64,000 nt of DNA from Octopus vulgaris (lineage: Eukaryota), in the NCBI GenBank assembly GCA_951406725.2, contig OX597831.1, positions 14,260,001 to 14,324,000 on the forward strand. Reading direction: 5' to 3'. Below, one piece after another: positions 55,237 to 64,000 of this stretch; the stretch's first letter is position 1, and every line of letters begins with the position of its first letter. Under the pieces are notes generated by a model, which saw only the letters and a list, made by a program, of their open reading frames with translations, was not told the DNA's origin and searched no databases. Both the position numbers and the translations under genes were made by a program.

Positions 55237-55344
55237 GTAAGTAGACTTTAATTTTATTTTCCTTCTTTTTATTCTTTTCATTCTTGTATTCATTTTCGAC
55301 ATTGAACTTGTAAGCAACCATGCTACACTCAAAACCTTCATGAG

Positions 55345-55668
55345 TATCGTTCATGCCAGTGGCATGTAAAAAACACTATCCGAATGTGGCTGATGCCAGC
55401 ACTGCCTTGACTGGCTCCCATGCAGGTGGCATGTAAAAGTGCCATCCAAACGCAGTCAATGCCAGCTCTCTTTGGCTCCTATACTGGTGGCACATAAAAG
55501 CATCCACTACACTCTCAGAGTGATTGGCGTTAGGAAGGGCATCCGGCTGTAGAAACTCTGCCAGATCAGATTGGAGCCTGGTGCAGCCTCCTGGCTTCCC
55601 AGACCCCCAGTCAAACTGTCCAACCCATGCCAGCATGGAAAATGGATATTAGACGATGATGATGATGA
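55345..55668 (+). mobile_element. RTE-family 3'UTR copy in GPCR intron
   Basis: Tandem tgccag..ctggctcc..gtggca..taaaag units, the conserved tail and (GAT)n. Confidence 0.75.
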
Positions 55669-55711
55669 TTTATATTTATGTGTGTATACATATATAAATA
55701 TAAATATATAA

Positions 55712-56060
55712 TGTGGCACTCTGTTGGTTACAACGACAAGGGTTCCAGTTGATCTGTTCTACGAAACAGCCTGTTTGTGAAATTAAGGTACACAGACACA
55801 TGTACCCATAACGTAGTTCTTGGTGGGGAGATTCAGCGTGACAAGGCTGGCCCTTTGAAATGCATGTACAAGAGAAACAGGAAGGAGTGAGTGAAAGTTG
55901 TGGTGAAAGAGTACAGCAGAGTTCACCCCCCCCCCCCCCTGCCAGAGCCTCGTGGAGCTTTAGGTGTTTTCGTCCAATAAACACTCATGACGCCCAGTCT
56001 GGGAATCAAAACCACGATCCCACGACCACAAGTCCACTGCCCTAACCAGTGGGCCATTGC
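55712..56060 (-). mobile_element. tRNA-derived SINE family C (in GPCR intron)
   Basis: Minus-strand head gcaatggcccactggttagggcag..ggttttgattccc. Related copies at about 14930-15106(-), 15721-15895(+) and 19150-19452(-). Confidence 0.78.
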
Positions 56061-56348
56061 AGATCTCTCTCTCTATACACGCACACACAGATATACAAAC
56101 TCACATATAAATACAGATGTCTAAATACATTTAGGAGAATTGTTAAATTCCACCTGTTCCTGATTAATTTGCTATCTTTCCAGCTTTATAACTTAAGATC
56201 TAAGGTGGGTAATTCCTTTACCTCTTTCACTTTTTTCTTTTTACTTTTTCGATTTCCGTTTTTTGAACATTCCACATTTTCTGTGTTTCCCTTCTCAACA
56301 TTTCACATTTCTTCTCCCCTTCAATTTTTTTGTTTGTTATAACATGTG

Positions 56349-56414
56349 GTTTGTGCCTGATGAATGCGATGTTTGAGGTATTTCTCAACATATGAAACTA
56401 CTGGTAGCAAAAAC
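56349..56414 (+). ncRNA. Type I hammerhead ribozyme motif, intact core, in GPCR intron (sense)
   Basis: GTTTGTGC-CTGATGA-[atgcg ATGTT tGAG gtattt CTC AACAT at]-GAAAC tactg GTA-GCAAAAAC. Stem I pairs 7/8, CUGAUGA and GAAA are conserved, and the GUA triplet ends at 56406. Confidence 0.75.
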
Positions 56415-56517
56415 ATGTATTGTGTCTAGTAAATAATATTTATCTCTCACCAGATTGAGTACTTTTTTAGTTTATCTTACCATCATGGAACACCACATGA
56501 TATATATATACACATAC

Positions 56518-56563
<46 letters not shown>

Positions 56564-56588
56564 GTTAAACGATGATGATATGTATGTA

Positions 56589-56660
<72 letters not shown>

Positions 56661-57006
56661 GCACATACACATATTTATAATATGTATATAATATGTGTGT
56701 ATATAAATATTTAGCTGCTAAATTTAGCTAGGTCACCTCATTGCATTTTATCAGAAAGAAGATAGCAAAAGAGTTAAATATAGTTCTTCTCAGATTGACT
56801 TTGGTGTATCTATAGAGGAATAAGTCCATTAAAATGAATGCCTATAATATATTGAAGGTCTGAGCTCTGATCGCTTTAACATGATCAGAAGTAATACTTA
56901 TTGAGCTGTTGTGCAGAAATAAGTATTCAATTTAAAAATTTTGTTTTTTGTCAATCGTAAACATATGGTCAAACATATAATGACAGCCAGCATTCTCTTC
57001 TTGCAG

Positions 57007-57130
57007 GTCTACTTGTTTGCTTACCTGAACAGTGCTTGCAACCCAATCATCTATGCCCTTCGAAGTGAAGCATTCCGCAAAGGTTACCAAGAGATACTGT
57101 GCATGAAGAAAGAAGTAATATTTAGTGAGG
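57007..57130 (+). CDS. Class A GPCR, coding exon 2 (TM7 NPxxY and helix 8)
   Basis: Acceptor cattctcttcttgcAG ends at 57006. Reads VYLFAYLNSACNPIIYALRSEAFRKGYQEILCMKKEVIFSE in frame with exon 1. A GTAAGC donor at 57131 (phase 1) implies a further exon that was not confidently found. Confidence 0.93.
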
Positions 57131-57458
57131 GTAAGCTTAACATTGCAGTCAGTTTCTATGTTTGTATATATATATATACATACATATATGTATATATAAA
57201 TGTGGGTGTGTTTAAATATATATGTGTGTATGTGTGTGTATATACATATATATATAAATATATCCAACTTTTGTATTGTCATCATCATCATATAATTGCA
57301 TACACACACACACACACACACACAAACACAAATATCTACACACAAAAATATGCAAAAAGTCGTTTAACCTGCAATTACTTTACAACTACTAGTTTCACAA
57401 TCTCTCTTTTCTCTCTCTCTCTCTTCCCCTCTCTCACTCTCTTTATATATATATATAT

Positions 57459-57619
57459 AGTGGCTGTGTGGTGAAGCTTGCTTATCAACCACATGGTTCC
57501 GGGTTCAGTACCACTGCATGGCACCTTGGGCAAGTGTCTTCTACTATAGCCTTGGGCCAACCAAAGCCTTGTGAGTGGATTTGGTAGACGGAAACTGAAA
57601 GAAGCCCATCATATATATG

Positions 57620-57650
<31 letters not shown>

Positions 57651-57850
57651 TTGTGTGTCCATGTTTTGTCTCCCCAACATCGGTTGACAACCAATGCTGG
57701 TGTTTACGTCCCCGTAACTCAGCAGTTTGGCAAAAGAGACCGATAGAATAAGTACTAGGCTTACAAAGAATAAGTCCTGGGGTCGATTTGCTCGACTAAA
57801 GGCGGTACTCCAGCATGGCCACAGTCAAATGACTGAAACAAGTAAAAGAG
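57459..57850 (+). mobile_element. SINE family A
   Basis: Near-consensus copy downstream of GPCR exon 2. Confidence 0.9.
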
Positions 57851-59180
57851 TATATATATATGTATATATATGTGTGTGTGTGTGTATCATATATATACAA
57901 TTATAAATTTTCGAAAGCTAGATTATTCATTAGTAACATTACATCTGCTAGTTTCGCCATCAATTCCTCTGTATAATCATTGATTTATTCCTCTTTCAAA
58001 TAAATTTCTTAGACTTTCTGCAATTTTTGTATTGAGTCCTCTCTTCTTTAAAAATTATTTTAACCAACCCACCCATATACATGTGTGTGTGTTTGTGTGG
58101 AGGAACATGGCATAATGCTTCGTGTATTGCACTCATATTCACAAGATTCTGGTTTTGGTTCCTAAACTGAGCGATGTGTAGTGTTTTTCAGCCAAACACT
58201 GTGGTTCACATTGCTGCCATCCACTTGGCTTGGCAAAAATGATTAATCATGTGAACCCTGAACCATGTAGCTGGTAAACAGGCTACTTACTGCACGGCCA
58301 CTTCTGCACCTATATGCACATAAAAATTTAATTAACTGCATTCGTTTGTTTGCTGTATGGGTTTCACGGGTGATTCGTCTTTATTTTTTTCCATTTTCTT
58401 CTTATTTTTGCTCCTATGATGATGTCTGTGTTGGTTGGGTCACATGACCGTCTTGAAATTTTATAGTCAAACTTATATATTTATTCCAAGAGACGTAAAA
58501 GAAAAAAAATTAGCAAATGAAAAAGACCCACAAAACAAACAAAAACAAGGATTTTGTTTGACCGTATCACTTTACAACATACCATATCAAGACTGCAGTT
58601 AACGTACAGGAAATCCTTGAATAATGGAATTTGCCAAAATATGTTTAAAAAAATATTTAAAAAAACAATAATAAATAAGTACATAAATAAAGCACTTAGT
58701 AAAATTATCAACTGAAGGAAGTCTTGGAGGAAATGAACTATTTTTGCTAGGAATGTGGCACGAATAACCCCAAAGACTCAGTCTTCAGTGTTTGTAGCTG
58801 TGTTGTAGTTTGTTTTGCTGATGTGAATGTTGAGTTTTGAGAAATATTATTTTCATCTGATGATATCTATATAAGGATAGACGTGGCTGTGTGGCAAGAA
58901 GCTTGCCTTGCAACCATTAGGCTTTAGGTTCCATCCCACTGAGTGCCACCTTGGACAAGTGCATTGTACTTAAAGCCCCTGTGCTGACCAAAGCATTGTG
59001 AGTGGATGAGGTAGACTGAAAGTGAAAGCCAGTCAGATGTGGTCGTGTGGTAAGGTAATTACTTCCCAACCACATGGTTCCAGGTTCTGTCCCATTGCGT
59101 GGCACCTTGGGCAAATATCTTCTACTATGGCCTCAGAATGACCAAAGCCTTGTGGGTCGATTTGATTGACAGACACTAAC

Positions 59181-59411
59181 AGGCGGCGAGCTGGCAGAAA
59201 CGTCAGCACGCCGGGCGAAATGCTTAGTGGTATTTCGCCTGCCGTTATGTTCTGAGTTCAAATTCCACTGAGGTCGACTTTGCTTTTCATCCTTTTGGGA
59301 TCAATAAATTAAATACCAGTTGCATACAAGGGTCGATGTAATCGACTTAATCCCTTTGTTTGTCCTTGATTGTCCCCTCTGTGTTTAGCCCCTTGTGGGT
59401 AGTAAAGAAAT
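59181..59411 (+). mobile_element. tRNA-derived SINE family B
   Basis: aggcggcgagctggcagaa..(hairpin insert)..GAGTTCAAATTCC, then gtcgactttgc(c/t)tttcatccttt..gataaattaagtaccag, which from memory resembles the conserved Meta/MESC-type SINE core. Other copies lie at about 15895-16055(-), 41696-41925(-), 44680-44870, 44950-45150(-), 45880-46090(-), 46180-46360(-), 49083-49300, 61398-61610 and 61872-62087. Confidence 0.85.
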
Positions 59412-59911
59412 GAAAAACTAAAAGAAGCCAGTCATCACATGTGACTGTGTGGTTTGCTTCCCAACCAGACGGTTCTTGGTTCAGTTCCACTGTGTGACAC
59501 CTTGGGGAAGTATATTCTACTACAGCCTCAGACTGACCAAAGACATGGGACTGGATTTGTTAGATGGAAACTGAAAGAAGCCTGTCATATATATATACAT
59601 ATATATATGTGTGTGTGTTTGTGTGTCTGTGTTTACGTCCCCGTAATGTAGTGGTTCGGCAAAGAGACCGATAGAATAAGTACTAATAAGTACTAGGCTT
59701 ACAAAGAATAAGTCCTGGGGTCAATTTGATCGACTAAAGGTGGTGCTCCAGCATGGCCGCAGTCAAGTGACTGAAGCAAGCAAAAGAAAGTAAAAGATAT
59801 ATATGTGTATGAGAACATATATATATGTATGATGTATGTGTGTGTGTATATAAATGTGTATATATATATGTATGTATGTATATGTGTGCGCGTGTGTGTG
59901 TATATATATTC

Positions 59912-60757
59912 CCTGTGGAGGGAACCTGTGGTAGAGGTAGAACCAGGAAGACATGGTGAAGCATGATCTTCGAAGTTTCAGCCTGATAGAGACAATGACT
60001 GGTGACTGAGGGACCTTTGGCGATGGGTTGTGTTTGAGACGAGCCATCAAGCTAAGTGAAATCGTAGTCATCATAACTGGCACGTAAAGAACACCCTTCC
60101 ATTGTTGGGCCTCACATAGGCAAAGTGGGTGAGTTCCTTTGATGGATTGGGCCACATGGAGGCAAAGTGGCTGAGCTCCTTTGATGGATTGGGCCACATG
60201 GAGGCAAAGTGGCTGAGCTCCTTTGATGGATTGGGCCACATGGAGGCAAAGTGGCTGAGCTCCTTTGATGGATTGGGTCACATGGAGGCAAAGTGGGTGA
60301 GTTCCTTTGATGGATTGGGCCACATGGAGGCAAAGTGGGTGAGTTCTTTGATGGATTGGGCCACATGGAGGCAAAGTGGGTGAGTTCCTTTCAAGTGTTG
60401 GGCCTCACTGAGTAAATGACCGAGACGATTAGCATTATGTTGTGCTTGAGAAGAAGACCCATCGAGTTGACCAAAATCACAGTTGTGGCAGATACCAGTG
60501 TCATACAAATGGCACCTGTTACTGTGACGTGTAAAAGCACCTCGGTGTCCCGTAAATGGCACCCGTGCCGATGGCATATAAAAGTACCCATTACACTCTC
60601 GGAGTGGCTGGCTTTAGGAAGGGCTTCCAGGCATAGTTAAAACCATGCCAGATCAAACTGGAGCCTGGTGCAGCCTTCCAGTGTGTCAGACCACTCAAAC
60701 TGTCCAATCCATCCAAGCATGGACTGCAGACGTTAAATGATGATGATGATGATGATG
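59912..60757 (+). mobile_element. RTE-type LINE 3' end with internal minisatellite
   Basis: ORF end VEGTCGRGRTRKTW..HDLR, then the family 3'UTR (..ggaagggc..cagatcaaactggagcctggtgcagcc..gacgttaaa) and a (GAT)n tail. Confidence 0.75.
60119..60391. repeat. 42-bp minisatellite, about 6.5 copies
   Basis: Unit ggcaaagtggctgagctcctttgatggattgggccacatgga at 60119, 60161, 60203, 60245, 60287, 60329 and 60370. Confidence 0.95.
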
Positions 60758-61610
60758 ATATATTCGGTGGCCTTCTTTCAGTTTCTGTTTACCAAATCCA
60801 TTCAGAAGTCTTTGGCCATTGCCCGAGGCTATAGTAGAAGACACTTGTCGATGTGTCGTGCAATGCGACTGAACACAGATCCATGTTGTTGGGAAGCAGG
60901 CTTCTTACCACTCGGCCGCACCTGTGCCTAGAGAACCACTTTTGAATAACTTTCAGTGTCCTTGGTGAAGAGGTGAATATCCACTGGCTGCTGCTGCTGT
61001 TGATGACCTTTTAAACTACATAGCCATACCTGTGACACCTGTTGAAAAAGATATATGAGGACACCTTGAATAATGTAGCACTGTATAGTACCTTATTTTC
61101 TGAATAAGATGTCACAATTGATAAAACCTGTAGATTGTGTTTAATAATCTGCTACAAATTGAGATTTAATCAATGACTGCAACAACAGGAAACCCAATAC
61201 GCTGCTGCAGACTTTTGCCTGTTGTATTTTTGTACAATGGTTGTCCTACAATTAAGAAACATAATACATCTCTATGCTCTCTATTACATGAGTAAATAGT
61301 CTTGTATGTTTGCTTAAATCTGTATTTCTGCTGTATTTACATTAGAAGAGACATCATCATCATCATCATCGTCATCATTATTATTATTACTATTAAAGAG
61401 GTGAACTGGCTGGATTGGTCGCACATTGGCCAAAATGCTTCGTGATATCTCTTCTGGCTCTATTACATTCTGAGTTCAAATTCTACCAAGGTCGACTTTA
61501 CTTTCCATCTCTTTCAGGGTCAATAATTACCATTTAAGAATTGGGGGGTCAATGAAATCAATCATATATCCCTCCCAAAATTTTCAGACCTTGTGCCTTT
61601 TGTGAAAGAG

Positions 61611-61628
61611 TTATTATTATTATTGTTG

Positions 61629-61718
<90 letters not shown>
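61611..61718. repeat. (ATT)n microsatellite
   Basis: Direct reading. Confidence 0.95.
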
Positions 61719-61719
<1 letters not shown>

Positions 61720-62469
61720 TAAGGTGGTGAGCTGGCAGAATCGTTAGCACACCAGGTGAAATGCTTAGCGGTATTTCATCTGCTGCTACATTCTGAGTTC
61801 AAATTCTGGCAAAATTTGAAACCATTATTATTATTATCATCGTCATCATCATCATCATCATCATCATCATCAAGGTGGTAAATTAGTAGAGTCGTTAGTA
61901 TGCTAGATGAAATGCTGAGCAGCATTTCGTCTGTCTTAACATTCTGAGTTCAATTTCCACCAAGGTCAACTTTGCTTTTCATCTTTTCGGAGGTTGATAA
62001 ATTAAGTACCAGTGAAACGCTGGGGGTCGATGTAATTGGCTCCTTCCCTTCCCCAAAACTGCTGCCCCTGTGGAAAAATTTCAAACCATTATCATTTTAT
62101 GCTGATGCCACATAAAAAGCATCCAGTCCATACTGTAAAGTGGTTGGCATTTGGAAGGGCATCCAGCTGTAAAAATCTTGCCAAAACTGACCTCACCTGT
62201 GCTTGTGCCACATAAAAAGCACTCAGGGCATTCTGCTGGGTGGTTGGCATTAAGAAGGGCATACAACCGTAAAAAAAAAACCTGCCAAAACAGACACAAA
62301 AGTTTGGTGCATGCTCAAACCATCCAATCCATGCCTGTGTGGAAGGCAGATGTTAAATGATGATGGTGGTGGTGGTGGTGGTGAAAATAAGTTGACCACT
62401 GAAGTTGATAGAATCAACTTGCCCCTCACTCCCAAAAATGCTGGAGTTGTGCAAAAATTTGAAATCGGT

Positions 62470-62748
62470 AATGCTAATCCTTCCTCCTGTATGTACAAGG
62501 TCTGAAGTTTTTGTGGAGCCATTTTCAAAGAAGCCGGGGTGTGGGAAACATTTTCATGGAAGGGAGAGTAGAGGGTAGTCGATCAATAGGGAGGCAAAAG
62601 AACGCAGTGGATGGGGCCATATCATGGAGCTGGTTGGACAAGAGCGGCAGGGCAGATGGAGGACTTGCACTTAATTGGGAACACTTTCACTGTAGTATTG
62701 TCAACATACTGCAAACATATGATACGCGATGATGATGATGATGATGAT
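62470..62748 (+). mobile_element. RTE/BovB-like LINE C-terminal relic
   Basis: KFLWSHFQRSRGVGNIFMEGRVEGSRSIGRQK resembles the RTE ORF end. (GAT)n tail. Confidence 0.6.
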
Positions 62749-63234
62749 GTCAAAGATAATCATCAACATCATTAGCATCACCATTGTTATTACCATTAAA
62801 TCAAAATACTTAACATTTCTGCTGAAATGTTAGGTCAGCTATGGAACACCAACGAAGAAATAAATGGTTTATGGTGGGTGGAGTAAGTTAAGACACACCA
62901 GGAACAAATAAATTAGAGACAAGTGATTGGTTGGTTTATAGAACATTATCTGTGAGCATCAGAGCAATATACTAAGAATGTGTAGAAAAGTTATGGAAGA
63001 TCATCGGGGCAATGAATCTGTTATGGATCACTCACACAACAAAACAGAGAACAATGAAACCAGTCATTTAAATACTTTATAGAAGGAGAAATTCATTGAA
63101 GCGTTAAATTGCAGAACATGCATGAATGAGTTCAAACAATATGATATATGTTTGACTGATATAAATTGCAGTAATGGGTATAATATAAAATATATGTAGA
63201 TATAGATATACATAAATATACATGGGTGAGTGTA

Positions 63235-63280
<46 letters not shown>

Positions 63281-64000
63281 CACATATAAAAACATGTATA
63301 TAAATGCACACATATATTCAGTGTGTGTATGTAGTATACATACATGTATGTATAATATATGTGTACAATATATATATATATATATGTGAGCATGTGTATT
63401 TGTGTATAATATATACATCAATGTTCACTAGAGGAATTATTCTGGCAAGGTAGGGACCTTATATTTGATTTACCAGGGATGCAGAAGCGTCTTGTATAAA
63501 ACATTGTTACTACCACCAGCACCACCACCAGCACAATCACCACCACAACTACCAGCACAACCACCGCCAGCACAACCACCGCCACAGCCACCACAACCAT
63601 CACCATCATCATCATCCTCCTCATCTTGTTCTGTTTCCCCTCTTATTTCTCCTCTTCAGTGTTGTCATCATTTCCACTTCTTCCGCCACCATTAATACCA
63701 CCTCCACAATAACCACCGTACTAACATCATCATCATCATCGCTAATATCATCATTACTATTGCATCGCCTAATTTGACTCACCTTGCCAGCATGGAAAAT
63801 GGACATTAAGTGATGACAATGATGCACAAAAGTACCTATACATACTAACATGCATATATATGCGTATGTGTGCTTATATATCCACACACACACACACACA
63901 TCACTGTATCGACCACACTATGAGACGTTGTTATACATCGCTGGTCACAATGCGCTTCCAACTCTCTCTTGATTGCTCCATTCTTTTCTGTCTTGGCTCA

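Noticed and set aside
55237-55251. ORF-track end of the GPCR (VSRL*)
   Set aside because: Read-through of the GTAAGT donor. TM7 is supplied in frame by 57007-57130.
57007-57054. Opsin assignment for the GPCR
   Set aside because: Position 7.43 is Tyr, not the retinal-binding Lys.
56941-57474. 177-aa ORF as a stand-alone gene
   Set aside because: Only 57007-57130 is GPCR-like. The rest is intron and microsatellite.
60119-60391. CRISPR-like array or repeat protein
   Set aside because: Head-to-tail units with no unique spacers, no cas genes and a eukaryotic context. The frames are open only because the period is a multiple of 3.

Overview
AT-rich, microsatellite-saturated eukaryotic DNA. The repeat families suggest a coleoid cephalopod, probably Octopus (inferred, no database search). 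There is one convincing host gene: a class A (rhodopsin-like) GPCR on the + strand, with coding exons at 54385-55236 and 57007-57130 and the last exon not located. It has a non-canonical HKY in place of DRY and Asn at 3.32. The rest is mobile-element debris: several tRNA-derived SINE families, 3' ends of RTE, CR1-group and R4/Dong LINEs, Tc1/mariner relics (DD41D fold-back, DD37D, mariner), hAT-like and TTAA MITEs (some nested), and two non-autonomous Helitrons. Almost all other ORFs in the track are microsatellite artefacts. The strongest hidden signal is about ten minimal type-I hammerhead ribozyme motifs from about eight unrelated short repeat families (Penelope/retrozyme-like). They have palindromic stem III and mostly lie next to (TA)n or (ATT)n tracts, and some fall in inverted-repeat structures. 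One intact-core copy is in sense orientation inside the GPCR intron, and one family has a shared CUGUNGA core variant. All alignments and folds were done by eye, and repeat boundaries are approximate unless TIRs or TSDs are quoted.
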